DNA of 64,000 nucleotides, taken from Prorocentrum cordatum. Its lineage: Eukaryota. The position numbers were made by a program, and so were the translations under genes. Positions 35,776 to 50,180 of this stretch are shown here, one piece after another. Each line of letters opens with the position of its first letter. The first letter of the stretch is position 1. The notes beneath the pieces are model-generated. The model was not told the origin of the DNA. It did not search any database and saw only the letters and a program-made list of their open reading frames with translations. Location of the stretch: contig CAUYUJ010000259.1 in the NCBI GenBank assembly GCA_963575745.1, positions 248,001 through 312,000 of the forward strand. The letters run 5' to 3'.

Positions 35776-37395
35776 AAACGGGGAATGGGTGTGCCGAAAT
35801 GATGGACATGTGGAGAGCGGAGGCAAGGAGGGGGAGGAGGGGGGAGGGGGCAGCCGGACGAGGAGGAGAGACGCGATGCGCTGTCTCTTCAAAACGAGGA
35901 CCCAACACCACAGGATGGTTGGAAATGATGGCGTGACGATGGACGGGGCGTGAGTGGGGAGAAACATTCGAACCCTCGAAGCACCGCCCTTACTGCGATC
36001 ATCGTTGATGTCAGGGGCGTGGGGGTAATTACGAAGGCCTTACGGCCGATGCCGACGAGCCTGGAGACGACCCTGTCGTCTGGGCGCGCCAGCCCTCGCG
36101 GATCGGACGGTGGCTGCGAGGCGCTGTCGGACGTCAGAGGCGTTGAAAGCGCGCTTGCCGCGCTCGGGAAAGTGCCCCTCCTCCGTTCTGTGATGGGGAG
36201 GAGGAGGAACAGGCGGAGGAGGAGGACAAGGTCGAAGAGGAGGGAATACCCGGTTGTTCTGTAATTTCCTAGTTTGTGTTGTAGTTTCCTAGGAGAGTTT
36301 TTGGGGCCTCTCGGGAGCCTCTTGGGGCCTTTGTGGGCTTCCTGGAGGGCCTCTTGGGAGCTTCTCGGGGCTGAGGGCTCGAAATGTCCGTTCGGGTCCC
36401 CCGTCTGGGCGCTCTCCTGGAACCGTTTTGGGGGGCCTTCTGTGAATTTGGGAGGCGTCTTGGGGCACTTTTGGGCCGTTTGGGGACCCTCTCGGAGGCC
36501 TCTTGGGCCGTGCCGGGGCGATCTTAGGAACCTCTTGGGCCGTCTTGGCGCGTGGGGAAGCGGAAGAGGCGAAAACGCCAAACATCTTTAAAAAACGTCT
36601 GGGAAATCCATGATTTGTACCTCTTGGAGTTCTCGTGGGAACGGTCCTGGAGGCCTCTTGGGGCGTCTCGCAGGCCTCTTGGGCCGTCTGGAGGCCGTCG
36701 AGGCGTCTTGGACAAATCATTCGGCGATTCGGCGCCCTCTTGGATCGTCTTGGTGGCCTCTGGGCACTTTTGGCCCTTCTTGGGACTTTTTTAGGCTCCG
36801 GGATTCCCCGGGGGGGCGGCGCAAAAACCCGGGACCACCCCAGGGACCCACCCCGGGGGGCGGCGTAAAAACCCGGGCCCCCCCCGGGCCCCCCCCCCCG
36901 GCTGGGAAGGGATCAAAGGGAAGGGGCTTCCCTTCGACTCAATTACGACGTTGCTAAATTTCGCCGAGGAGGGAACAGACGGAGAAGCCTCTTCCACACG
37001 CCGACAGGGCCGGCGGATTTGATTGGGTTTTTCTCTGTGGTCTAATTGAGAAGATCCCTCGACTCTGTAAGGATTTGAATATATGGCCCATCTTCTGGTG
37101 GACGAGGACATCCGGGCCACCTCGATGGGGTCGGAATAGATCGGGGCGGAGGATCGCGCCGCATCGCCGATGCATCGCAGATGCGGCTTGATGTGGGGCC
37201 CGTTTTTATCCACGCCGACGTTGCCGATGCGTCGCCCGACGCATCGCCGATGCATCGCCGATGTATCGCCGATGTATCGACCCCATCTACTCTGACCCCT
37301 ATCAAGGAGGTCTCTAGGACATCGAGGAGGACGAAGATGATCAGGAGGAGGGGGAGGACAAGCGGAACGAATAGTGACATAATATACATGAAATT

Positions 37396-37528
37396 TCGGA
37401 CGTCCGCGCGGATTCTTCGGATCGGTGTGTGGCCCCCCCGGCGGCGCCTCCGGCGCCGCCCTTGGCGCGCTTCGCGGGCCAGGGAGGGGGATCCAGCGCC
37501 GATCCGAGGAATCCGCCCGGACATCCGA
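37396..37528. mobile_element. MITE family G (other copies ~3875-4000 and ~58772-58895)
   Basis: 30-bp TIR matching at 27/30 (TCGGACGTCCGCGCGGATTCTTCGGATCGG); shared core GGCGCGCT.CGCG.GCCAGGGAGG. Confidence 0.78.
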
Positions 37529-37769
37529 GCTGTTTTGTTTTTGTCAATTTGTGTTCCCCTTGAGGATGACCAGGGGTGGGTGGATGAGGAGGACCATGAC
37601 GACGAGGATGCGAGACATGACCTCACGGCGCACCAGCACTATCAGCTCCAGGGGCGCCCGCCCGCTTTTCCCAACGCAGCCTGGCCGCGCGCGCGCGCCC
37701 CGCCCCGCCCGGCGATGTCCCCCGCGCGCTGCGTGTTCCTGTTCGGTTCTAGGGGGATGGAGGAGGTTT

Positions 37770-38690
37770 TCGGGGGCGGCCAAGAGGGGGGTGATGCTTG
37801 TGGGGGGGCGGATAAATGGTGACGGGCGATAATAAACGTCCCCCCCATTAACCCTCTTTTTTAAAATCCCCGCCCACAGGGATTTATCAGTGGGAACGGC
37901 GCGGAGGCCGAACTTGATAATCCACGGAAAAGTTGCGGGGATCAAAGTTACGACCATATCATGCTGATTAGCAACAACATCGAAAACGCTGATCATGGCC
38001 ATGCTGGTCTCACCACATCAGCTTTCGCAATCACGAGCGTGTGGCAGGGCTGTGGGATTCTCACCAGTTTAGATTGCCCACGTTACGACCGTGCGGCAGG
38101 GCCACGGGATGCATTACAAACATGGCGTAAACGTCGGAACGACGTTTGGGTAGGGATCAGCCTTCGCCGAGTGCTGATCCCAACCAACATGGCCAATATT
38201 CCTCCTGTAATTTCTCGAGTTCCCCGAGATCTCTCGAGTAATCTCTGTGTAGTGCGCCTCTGCGGGCAAGTAGCCACGAGCCTCGAGATCGTCCGAGTCA
38301 GGCTTCTGTCGTGCGCCTGGTTTAACCTCCTCCTCCACCATCGTCACCATCATCATCATCATCATCATCATCAGCATCATCATCAGCATCAGCATCATCA
38401 TCTTCACCATCATCATCATCATCGTCATCATCATAATTCACCCTCCCCGGTCACATCCTTTATTATCCCCGCGGGAACCGCGAACTGTATCATCCCAGGG
38501 GGGGTATTACCGCCCACTATCGGTTATCATGGCGGGGCCACGCTATCTCCCCTGATTTCGTGGCGCGTCTTTTTGTCTCGTTAGCGTCCCCGGCCCCCCC
38601 CTTGGGCCGCGCGCACGCCGCCGGCCATGATTTGCGCCACCCCCTCTTGGACGCCCCCCTCTTGGCCGCCCCCCTCTTGGCCGCCCCCGA
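37770..38690. mobile_element. Non-autonomous TIR element (Mutator-like by TSD length)
   Basis: TIR TCGGGGGCGGCCAAGAGGGGG / CCCCCTCTTGGCCGCCCCCGA; perfect 10-bp flanking direct repeat GAGGAGGTTT at 37760-37769 and 38691-38700. Confidence 0.85.
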
Positions 38691-40510
38691 GAGGAGGTTT
38701 GCCTACCTCAATTCGGGTCGTTCGGTTGCATCGTCGGGGGGATTCTTCTGTCTGCCAAATTGGCGTCCTTCTGCCCAGCGAGGGCTCGATGCGGATTCGA
38801 CGCAAATTAGGAGTGGATGCGAGGAGGATCCGACACGGATGCGACACGGATGCGACAATTCCGACATGGATTCGATTCGACGCGGATTGGGCCGCGACGG
38901 GACAGACAAGGTCCCCCGAATATGCAACACAAGGGTCGATCGAAGGGGAGGGGGCATTCGGATAGGGGGGTGTTACGAAAACCTCTGCGTGCAGGTGGTC
39001 TGACGTGCCCGCCAGGCGCGGTTGCGCCCTACCCCCCCCCCGTGAGTGCTGCAGGGGTCCAGCTCCCCCTTCACGTTGGCTCGTTCCCATCCCGTGCCTT
39101 TCCTATTGCGCCCTTCCGTCTTCTCCGATCCGCTCCTCTTGTGTCTCCCCCTCTCCCCGCCCTCGCGCAGGGCGACCGACGAGGACGCCACCATGGGGCG
39201 CCCATCGAGTCTGCGAGGGGTGTGCTCTCCCGATTTCGGCAGGCGCCACCAAGACCCCTCGCCACTTCCACACCCCCCCCAAGCTCCCAGTGCAGGGCCG
39301 ATGGCTCTGGGGCGGCACAGGGTGCAGTTTCCAGTCCCCGTGCCTCCCACCCCCTCCTCCTCCTCCTGCCCCTCCGCTCCTCCTCCTCCTCCTCCTCCTC
39401 CTTCTCTTCCTCCTCCTTCTCCTTTCTTCTTATTCTTTTTCTCCTCTTCCTCCTCCTCCTTCCAATGACTCAGCACTCGGAGGTCCTCTCCTCGAGGTCT
39501 CGGCCCCCCTCCTTTGGGCCTCCCCCCCCAAAGCCCTCTCCTCGAGGTCCCTCTTCTCCTCCTCGAGTGCCTCCCCGAGGCCCGTCGCCCTCCTCGAGGG
39601 TCCTCCTCCTCGAGGGTCCGCCCCGCGGCCCTCCTCGCGAGGGCCTCCTCAAGGTTCTCCTCCTCATCGAGGTCTTCCTCCTCGAGGTCCTCCTCGAGGC
39701 CCTCCTCTCGGCCTCGCCTCCCCTCCGCATCGAGACTGCGGAGGGGGGGAAAACGGGGAGCATGGCCGAAACGGAGCAGGACATCGTCGTGCCGACCTTT
39801 GCCGGCGCCGATCTTGGGCAGCGTCCGTGCGCGGATCAGCCTCGCGAGTCGGCGACGGCTCGGCGGGGACCATGACCAAGATCGGCGTCGACAAGATCCA
39901 TCGACATCTGGATCATGGTCGAGAGGAGGGGAACAAAAACGCAGACATAATGAATTGTCGACTCCCAGGAGAATATGGGAAAATATGGGAAGTGAAGTGG
40001 GGGGGAAGACGAAAACCCTGAAAACATGGGAAAATATTATGAATCCTGTTATTTGTGTGTCTTGAGCCTCTTGATGCCTACCTCCCTCGCCGAGAGACCC
40101 CCCCCCGCTCGAGCCTCGAGGCTCGAGGCTCGAGCCCCCCCCCGCCGCCGCAGCGAGGGCGCCACGGGCCCCGCCGACCCCGCCCCCGCGAGGACGACGG
40201 CGACGACGACGACGCCGCCGACGCCGACGACGGCGGAGACGACGACGAAGACGTCGACGAGGCCGCCGACGGGGCCGTCGAGGGCGCCACGGGGCCCCGC
40301 AGCCCCCCTCGGCCCGCCCGGCGCACCCCGCCCCGGGGCCAGGCCTCCTCGCCGCGCCCGGCGCGGCCTCGCGCGTCGCCCGGGCGCGCCGCCGGCCCGC
40401 CCCCTCTGCGCGCCGCCGCCCCGACGCACACCGCGCCCTCGCCGTCGTCGGTCGTCGTCGTCGTCGTCGTCGTCGTCGGCCTCGTCGTGATCGTCGTCGG
40501 CCTCGTCGGC

Positions 40511-40543
<33 letters not shown>

Positions 40544-40707
40544 CTCCTCATTTTCTTGATTTTCCCTTGCTTCGCTCGCCTACGCCTGTTGTCATGCGCC
40601 GACTTTCAACTTTCTGCACTCACAGACGGCCAGGACTTCAGCGTCGCCCAGAGGCCGAATGATGATGATGATGATGATTATTCTGCTGCTGATGATGATG
40701 GTGGTGG

Positions 40708-40743
<36 letters not shown>

Positions 40744-40774
40744 CGATGATGATGATGATGATGATGATGATGAC

Positions 40775-40852
<78 letters not shown>

Positions 40853-43800
40853 CGTCGTCGTTGTCGTTGTCGTCGTCTGACTCTTCGTTGTTGTCGTCGT
40901 CGTCGCTGTAGTCTTCGGCGGCGGCGGCACGTCTCTAGGCCTCCTAGCGAGTTAAGTGGGGCGGAGGATCGCGACACATCGACCATGCATTGCCAATGCG
41001 GGGCGATCCTCCGACCCTTTCTAGGAGGCCTCTCTCGTCGTCGGCGTCGGCGTCGGCGTTGTCGCCTTCGTGGAAGGGCGCGGGGGCCAACAGGGGGGGG
41101 GGGACGTGGGAGTTGGGGGCGGAGGGGGATGGGGAGGATGGAAAGGGACGGGGGAAGAGCGAGTGGGAGGAGGGAGGGGGGATGGTGCTGGTGCGGAAGC
41201 GGAGGAATGATAATGGGCGAGGAGGACGGGGCACGTACAAGACAGAAGGAGGGCTGACAAGGAGAAGGGATGAGGACGAGGATCAGGATAGGGATGATGA
41301 TGGTGATGTTGATTCTGCTGATGATGATGGTGAGGGTGATGATACTGCTGCTGATGATGATGATGCTGATGACGACGACGCTGCTTATGTTTTTGATGAT
41401 GGTGGTGGTGATGAACTCCCGAAGGGCGCACGAACTCCCGCGGCAACGCCCGCGGCTGCGCGGGGAGGCTTGCGCACCGCGCGGGGGGGCAGCCGCGGGA
41501 AAACGGCCCGCACCCGCGGGGGGTCACGGCGGCGGAGGAGGAGGAGGAGCAGGAGGAGGAGGAGGAGGAGGAGGAGGAGGAGGGGGAGGAATAGGAGGAG
41601 GAGGGGGAAGAGGGGGAGGAAGAGGAGGAGGAGGAGGAGGAGGAGGAGGAGGAGGAGGAGGAGGACGAGGAGGAGGAGGAGGAGTAGGAGGAGGAGGAGT
41701 GGGAGGAGGAGGAAGAGAAGGAGGAGGAAGAAGAGGAGGACCCCCTCCCCCGCCAACTTCTGGTGGTGGTGGTGGAAAACAGGCCCATCATTGATGCCTC
41801 CGGTTCGGATCGATTCGGTTTCGAGGGCTGCCGCTTCCGAGTCGCGTTGGCTGCGGATTCTGATTCGGGCTCCGATATTTTCACGGAGGCCTACTGGCCT
41901 GCTGATTTCCGCCGGTTCGATCTTTATCCCGCCTCAGCTGCCGACGTCCACCGATTCGAGTCATTTCGATTGCCGATTTGACTTACCGATCCGATTCTGG
42001 GCTATCCTGCCCCCGAGGTTTCCCACCCCTGCTTGGGGCCAGTTTGTCATCCCGAGTTGTGTTCTGACGGTCCCGGGTCCCAGTATGAGGGCCCTGGGAG
42101 GCCGAAGAGATACGGGAAATAAACCTCTCCGCCGAGATCTTGGCACGACGCGAGGGGGTATGGGACCCCCCCGCCGCGGGCGCAGGGGCGCAACGCGACG
42201 GCCGTGCACAACCCCGGCTTTCCCGACGGGAAGATTGCTCCCGGGCTGGCGGCGGAGGGCGCGGTGGCGGGGGCCTCGGCCGCCTACTTGCGTCCCCCTT
42301 TCTAGGCCCCTTTTTCTAGATCAACGTTGATCAAAGCACCGCCCTTCCTGAGATCAACGTTGGTGTCATGGGCATGGTGGTAACTTGATTGGGGCTTCTC
42401 TCTGGTGTAATTTCGAATCTTCCTCGACTGTGCAAGGGTTCGAATCTATGGTCCACATACGGAAGCGAGGATCCGGGCCTCCCAGATGGGGTCGGAGCAG
42501 ATGGGGTCGACGGGACCGCGCCGCATCCCCGATGCATCGACGATGCGGCTCGATGTGGAGCCCGATGTTCCCCACGCCGACGTTGCGGACGCGTCGCCGA
42601 AGTCGCCGGTGCATCGCCGATACCTCGGCGGTGCACCGGCGATGCGGCGCGATGCCTCGACCCCGGCCGCTCGGACCCCAACTGGGAGGCCTCTGCCCGT
42701 GGAGGCAGCGTTGGTATCCCCTGGCGAGCGCGGGCGCGGCTCTGGGAGGGGCCCTGCGATGCTGTCGATGCTCCTCGGGACGTTTGATCGCCTGATGTCG
42801 GCAGTGAGCGAGGCGGGGATCTGAGGAGGAGAAGCAAGGGCGCCCTCGAGGGCGCGAGGTTATTCGCTCTTCGCGGTTGGGCTCCGATTCCTCCTCATCC
42901 TCCTCTTCTCCCCTGGGAGGCGGCGCGAGTGCGCGAAGTTATTCGCGCAGCACGAAGCGCGAAGTGGGGAGCCCTCGGAAAAGGCCTTCTCGGAAGGCGG
43001 CGGGGCTTCTCAGAAGAGCTCTGGCCTTCTGAGAGCCTTCTGGTGTCTCTGCGGGGAAGGCACAGAACACCTGCCGGATGGCCCTGGAGCTTCCGAGCCT
43101 GCTTAGAAAGCCCGCCCCCATCTCACTTCCCCCCGGGCTCGCCGCCAAGTGTTAGCCTGATGTGCGTTTGCCCGATCGGCCTGTGTCGGCCATCATTGCA
43201 CCATCTGCGTCGTGTTGAAGTGCTTCTGTGGACCAGCACACGTTGGCGCTAACACACGTTCTGAGGATCATCGATCCTAGCGCTGCCATTTTTCCTCCAC
43301 GCGCGTTTTCGCCTGCTTTTGGGCCCCCAGATCCTCACAGATCCATCTGGACCGAATAGTGACGCACACAGACGGGGTCCGTGATGCTGCTATTTGTGGG
43401 CAACCTCAGATCTGACGGGAGGAGGGGGGAGTGGGGCTGGTCGCGATGCGACTCGCGCCGGCGCCGTCTGGGAATGCGCAGGGATCCTTCGTTCCCACGG
43501 CGCCTGCGGGAATCGTGACGTGACCAGGGGGGGGGCGGGCGGGGCCAGCCACGTGCGGATCGGGGAAGATTTGCCCGCTCAGAAAGGGAGGGGAATGTGG
43601 GATACAGCCCGAGGGGGGCTATTCGGACACACCGCCGCTATCGAGGAGCCCCCCAGCTCGTAGATCCGGGAGTTGGGCCTCCAAGTTTCGGACCAGTCGA
43701 AACACCACAAAGTCGGGGATTGGTGTCGCCATGCCCCCCTCATTGGGTTGGGAAAGATTTGAGTTCGAAGTCTGAATTTTTAGGTTTTTCCGGGCGTCAT

Positions 43801-44505
43801 CGTCGGTTCGGCAGCTTTCTGGCCTCGGGGTACTCTCAAGGAGATGCGCTTCGCCGAGGGATTGCTCGGGCTGTCCAGATCGTCCCGAACGGTCGCTAGA
43901 GACCAGAGAGAGATGGGTCTAAAACCAGACGGCGATCATCGAGCACAAAAGAAACCGTAACCCTAATACCACGATGAAGACGCGGCCTCACTGATGTCGC
44001 TGTCTTCGTATCAGGGATAAGGACTCTGGGCGGTTTGTTTCGATAATCTTCAGAACAGACCCCCTCTATCCGTAATGTTTGTGGCCTCTCCCAAAGGGTT
44101 GAGGGCCCTCTTACTGCTAATCAGACGAGGATCAGTTGGGGAGGGTAGGCTCAGGTGGGGATGCGTCGACCCCCAATCGCCCATTGATCGCCGATTGTGG
44201 CCCCGTTTACCCGCCCCAACCCGCCCTGGAGTGTGCGGATTCGTTCTCGGGGGCGTACCACCGATTCTCGGCGATGTTCTGCCGAGTCCAGGTCGATCTT
44301 TCCGCCCATTAGTTGAATCCCCCCAGCGTTGCCCGTCAGTCTGGCGACCCGGTGTTCGCCCCTGGTGCGAACATCTCCCGGGCCAGTCTTTTCTTCAGTT
44401 GCACTGCGTCTCGTACATCGGGCCCGCGTCTGGGGCCGAAGCGTCAGCAGAGTTTCTCCGCGCGTGTGCAGTGCGGCGCGGGGAGATGAGCGTGTCCTCG
44501 GCGGT

Positions 44506-44567
<62 letters not shown>

Positions 44568-46269
44568 GGAGGTGGAGCAGCAGCAGAACGATCAGGAGCA
44601 GGGAGGGAGGCAACGGGAATGGGAGGTAGGTGGCTTAGGGAGTGGCAGTGGACATGAGTGTCAGGATGGATGGAGGGGCGAGAGATGGGGAAGGCTGGAG
44701 GGATGGAAGAGGCGGCGGAGGAGCGGCAGGTGTATGAGGAGGAACGGTAGAGGACTGAAGGGCCTCAGACAAGATCGGTGCGCTCGCGCCACATCCGGCA
44801 TCCTACCCCTCCCACCTATCCCGTCGCATTGGGCTTTGTTGCCTTAGCTATCCACAGATGCGTGTCGCAGCGGACCTGGAACTCAAGAAACGACCCCTAT
44901 CGCGTTCTGCGCAATCGGAAAGGGGAGATCCGGGTACGTAGGAGTTTCGGAAGGATGAGGATGAGGTGGCGGATGATCAGGAGGATGAGCAGGCGGAAAA
45001 GAAGGATGAGGACGATGGTGGGGTACGAGGACGAACAGAAGTAGCGGGAATTTGAGCGGAAGGAGCGAGAGGAGCTGGAGGACCATGGAAGGTGAAGGAG
45101 GGCAAAGGAGGGGGGACAACGATGAGGAAGGATTCGGACCTAGAACAGAGGTCCGCGCATGAGCGAGATCACCATTATGACCGACGGGAGCAGCAACCTC
45201 AAATGAGCCATCGCTGTTTGGGGAAGACCAGTTCGAAGGACAAAACATACTTGGATTCTAAAAACCATCGTTCAGACGAGCGTTGGACATCCTGTGCTTA
45301 AAAACGTTACGCGGAGACGGCCGGTTATCTTGTGGACAGTGCCAACGGATGCAGAATTTTGTCATGGTCATGGCGATGGAGGCGTAGTACCGAGAGGAAG
45401 GGGGGAAGTGACCCTCCATCGAAAGGCCTTCGGCTCATCCCGCCACCGTGCCTGGGTTGTGGGTGTGGATCGTTGGGATATCTCGGGAGGCCTCTCGGAG
45501 GCTTCTTGGAGGTAGTTTGGAAGCCTTTTGGAAGCCGTTTGGGGGCCTCTTGGGACCTCTTTTGGGCCTCGTTTAGGCCTCGCGGGGCCTCTGAGGGGCC
45601 TCTTGGGGGCCTCTTGTGGCCTTCTGGGCGCCTCCTGGGGGCCTCTTCGGCCGAAGACTCAGATTTTCGGTTCGCGTTCCCTCTCTTGGGCCCCTTCTAT
45701 GGCCGTCTTGGGTCCTACCTGTTGGGCCTTCTTGGGCCATCTTGGGGCCTTCTTGGGCCTTCTTGGGCCGTCTTGGGGCCATCTTGGGGGCGTGTTGGGC
45801 CGTCTTGGGGGCGAATTGGGCCGTTTTGGAGCGTCGGCAAGACGAACAGGCGAGTAGACCAAAAACAAGGAGACACCTAAGGAACATCAGAAGTCAATGA
45901 TTTGTGCCTCTTGGGGCCTTCTTGGGGCGTCTTGGAGGCCTCTTGGGCCGTCGGGGGGGCATCTTGGGCGTCTTGGGCAGATCTTTCGGCGATTCGGGGC
46001 CGTCTTGGGGGCCTCCTAGCGCCCTATTGGCCCGTCTTGAGGCCTTCTCGGGCCCGAACAGTTCACGCGCCACCACGCGGGGGAGCCCAGAGGGTACGCG
46101 ACAAGTCCAAGGAGATTCCGGAATTTGGTGTCGGGGCACCTTGAAGATTCTTCAGGACTGGTGATTGAGGCTCCAGGGATCACGCAAAGGACATGAGTAC
46201 ACGCCCACTCCGTGCCCAGAGGCACGGTGGCAGATGACTTAAGATAGTGAAGACATTGTTGAGATTGGT

Positions 46270-47578
46270 GGTCATGGTGCTGGGCGGTCGGTAATGATGA
46301 TGCTGCTGATGATGGTGATGAGGATCATAATGAGGATGTGGATGAAGATGATACTGATGCTGCTGATGATGATGCTGATAATGATGATGATCATGATGGT
46401 GTCGATGATGATTCTGACAGTGGTAGCGATAATACGGGTATACCATACACTTGACATTTGCTATTCTAGCGGCTATAATACCACACATAGCAACAACCAC
46501 AAACAACATTGATGGTGCTGGTGAGGATGGTGATGCTGATGATACTGATCATGATCGTGGTGGCAGTGGTGGTGCTGATGGTGGTGGTGATGCTGATGAC
46601 GATGATGGTGATTGTGATGCTGAATGTGGTGATGCTGATGAATATGGTGATGATGATGGTGATATATGTTGATTAGTGGTTAATGGTGATGGTGCTATTG
46701 ACGACGATGATGCTGGCGATGTTAAGGCTTATGATGTCGACAATGATGATGATGCCGAAAACAGTGATGTTGGCGATGATGATGCTGATGATGGTGATGA
46801 TGATGATGCTGATGCTGATGTTGACGATATTGATGGTGAGGCGGATGCTGCTGATTATGATGCTGCGGCTCATGATGATGTTGATGCCGATGGGATTGAT
46901 GACGCTGGTGTAGGAAATGATGTAGTTGATGACGATGGTGAGGACGATGATGCTTCGGCTGAGCATGATGGTAATGATTGTGATGCTGATAATGCTGATG
47001 CAGCTGCTGGTGGCTGCAATGGCTGTAATGGTGGTGCTGGTGATGATGATGTCGCTGCTGATGAGGATGATGCTGATGGTGAGGACGATGCCGATTATGA
47101 TGATGATGATGACGGTGATGATGTTGATGATGGGGCTGCTGATGACGAGGATGCTGATGGTGATGGTGATACTGATGGCGATGATAACGGTGATGATGAA
47201 GATGGCAATGATGAGAGTGTTTGTGATTCTGACGATGATGCTGGTGCAGATGGTGATGATGAAGATGTTGAGGATGATGGTGCGGATGATGATGAGGATG
47301 GTGATTATGAGGCTGCTGTTCACGCGACGTTGATGCTGATGATGTTGAGAATGAGGTTGGTGCCCTTAGCGATGATAATGGCGACTGTTTTGATGGTGGT
47401 ACCGATGTGTCGGCGGTGTTGATGATGACGGTGGGAGTGGTCGTGATGATGATGCTGACGCTGATGCTGATGTTGGTACCGATGCTGCTACTGCTGCTGC
47501 TGCTGTTGCTGATGCTGCTGCAGCTGATGATCATGATGATGCTGATGCTGATGATGATTAGGATGACGGCGACGACAT

Positions 47579-47622
<44 letters not shown>

Positions 47623-47830
47623 CTGATGATGATGATGATGATGACGATGATGATGATGATGCTGGTGCTGCTGATGATGATGCCGATGCTCATGATCATT
47701 ATGATGCTGATGAGGATGGTCATGGTGCGGATGATGATGATACTGATGCTGCTGTTGATAATGCTGATGATGATTATTATGAAGATGCTCATGAGGATCA
47801 TGATGACGATGATGCTGCTGATGATGATGC

Positions 47831-47877
<47 letters not shown>

Positions 47878-47878
47878 T
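46270..47878. repeat. Degenerate (GAT)n microsatellite
   Basis: Directly visible; similar tract at 40659-40852. Confidence 0.95.
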
Positions 47879-49591
47879 GCCGCACGACGGGCAGGGAGCA
47901 GGAGGCGGAATGGAGGAATGATGAGGGTGGGACGGGACAGAGGAAGCACAATGACGACACGGAAGAGGAGCAGGAGGAGAAGGAGGAGGAGGAAGAGGAC
48001 AGGGCGAGGTGCCCTTGTGTCATCCCACTTTGTTTCTCTTGGGCGGGGCCTTGCGCTCTCCGCCCCGCCGAGGTGATGCGGCTCGAGGCCAGGGCGATGA
48101 TGGAGGTCTGCGCCCCCCCCCACGCCGCTCTAGCACTCCTCCGCCCGTCCGCACACCATGCCATGTCACCCTGGCTCCTCTAGGGGGCAAGCAAGCACAC
48201 CACAGCTCATGAAGCCCTGACGCGACGCAGCGGTCCTCTTCCACGATAGGTGCCCTGCGATTTCTGGTTGGCATGGCGGGCGAACGCCCGTCTACTTTTT
48301 AACTTGGCCGGCCGCATACTCGCCAAACATGGCGCACCGCCGCTGCAACCCTCACTGCTCGCGGGGGAGATTGCGGAGAACGACGACGATGACGACGACG
48401 ACGGATACACCTACAGGTAAGGTCAACACCATCACGGACTGGACGGCCCTGGCTGGCCTTCATCCGACGATGCCAGGCATGCGCACATCCTTTACGGAGG
48501 TCCAGATTAGCAGATGCACCCCCGATCCTCACAGCATTGAGGAAGAGGGAGGAAGACGGGGGGATGCGGAGTAGGGAGGATGACGATTCCGAGCGGGGAT
48601 GACGAGCTTGACCCCTGCCCCCGCCAGGACCCCGACTACAATCACGCCCCTCCCCTCGTCAACTCTGACGACCACCCGCTCCAGCGCTCCTCTTGCGTTG
48701 CCGCCTGGCGGGCGTCGCGGCCGTGGTGGCTGTATCCTCGTCGCGGGCGGCCCCCCCTCTCATTGCCCCTTGCCCAGCCCGCTTGCCAGCAGTGACACGT
48801 GAGCTGGAAAAGTGATGGTGGCCAGCCCTTCCACGCTTTCCAGCCCTGGCCAGTCTCCTTCGATGTTGTTCCCATCCCTGGCGGCCACATCCCTGCCAGT
48901 GCTTCCAAGTTCCGCTTGCTCCAGCTTCCCTGTACGTTCCTTCCTCTCCTCGATCCTTACCCGTTCTCCCTTGCCATTCACCCTTGACCTGCCTCGTCCC
49001 GCCTCCCGCCTGCGCATTCGCTCTCTTTTGCATGTTGCTCTCTCCTTGCTCCTGTGGCTGGCAGGGCAGCGCCCGCTGCCAGGAGCAGGAGCTCGGGCGA
49101 AGTCATGGTTTGGTGGTGCCGCTTCTCAGACCTTTCCGTGGCGGAGGAACAGGAGGATGAAGACGAGGAAGATGGAGGCGCCGATGGGCAAGTTCCCTCC
49201 CGAGCGGTCCTCCGAGCAGCTTGGCGAGGCTGCTTTTAGTGCGCGTGCGCTATCGATGCCGCTCCCTTTTGCCTCTGAGAGCCCCCTGGGCGCGCGCTCG
49301 CGTTTTAACTCTCGTTCTCTCTTGTTCTTTCTTTTGCTCCCCGACGCCGTGCCTATCTGCCACCTAGGGCTCTACGGTAGCAGCTAGGCGCCACGCCAGC
49401 AAGTATCCGCATTGCGCCAACGCCAACGCGCTGCCTACCAATGAAGGGGCTGAAGGAGAAGGAAGAGGATGAGATGGACTTGGAGAAGGGCGAGTAGCAG
49501 GATGAGGAGGAGGAGGAGGAAGAGGAGAAGGAGGCGGAGGAGGAGGAGGACGAGCACGACGACGACCACCAGGATGACGACGATGACGTCC

Positions 49592-50180
49592 AGGCAAGAG
49601 GAGGTCGTCAGTGGCCATCTGGGCCCGCCCGCACACGGACTGCGGGCGCGAGCGACCGGCCTCGCATCCCCGCGGCCCCCCTCTTTCGCGCCATGGTCCT
49701 CAACAAGCTGTCCGCGCTCATGGGCCCACCCGCGCTAGCCCCAGAGGACGTGTCCGCGCCGCACGAGCTTTCGGAGGCGCTCTCCATCTGGTCCCGCGAG
49801 GCTCGGGAGGAAGGGGCCATACAGTCAACCCGCATGTGCAACCTTCCCAAAGGTACCCTTTGCATCCTTGCCTCTTCGGTCCATCGATGGCTACTTTGGT
49901 TAGCCGCGCCCTGCTCGAAAAGTTTCGGAATGGGCGCCCAAGGCCCTTGCATCCTTACCGCGCATCCTTACGATAACGAGTCGTCTGCACTGCGGCCAAG
50001 ACTTCGGGTCAGGACCAGCTCTGGGCTCCAGAGGGGCCCTGGCTTGCGGCCTCGGTCGGCTCGCGCAGTGCCGACGCGGCGGCGACCCCGGCGCGGGCGT
50101 TCCGGGATGGCCGCCGCGAGTGGCCTGGTATCGGCTGGTACCGAGCGGTCCGCGCTGTCGGCGAGCTGCGGCCTCTGAAG
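49592..50180 (+). CDS. Two probable exons of an unidentified gene (...LFRAMVLNKLSALMGPP...SIWSRE | DQLWAPEGPW...)
   Basis: Coding-like islands joined in phase 0 by intron 49801-50012 (GAG|GC...CAG|G). Outer boundaries uncertain; the antisense frame is also open. Confidence 0.4.

Noticed and set aside
46676..48164. Asp-rich, Met-rich and Ile/His-rich ORFs
   Set aside because: Decayed (GAT)n repeat that is open in several frames by construction.
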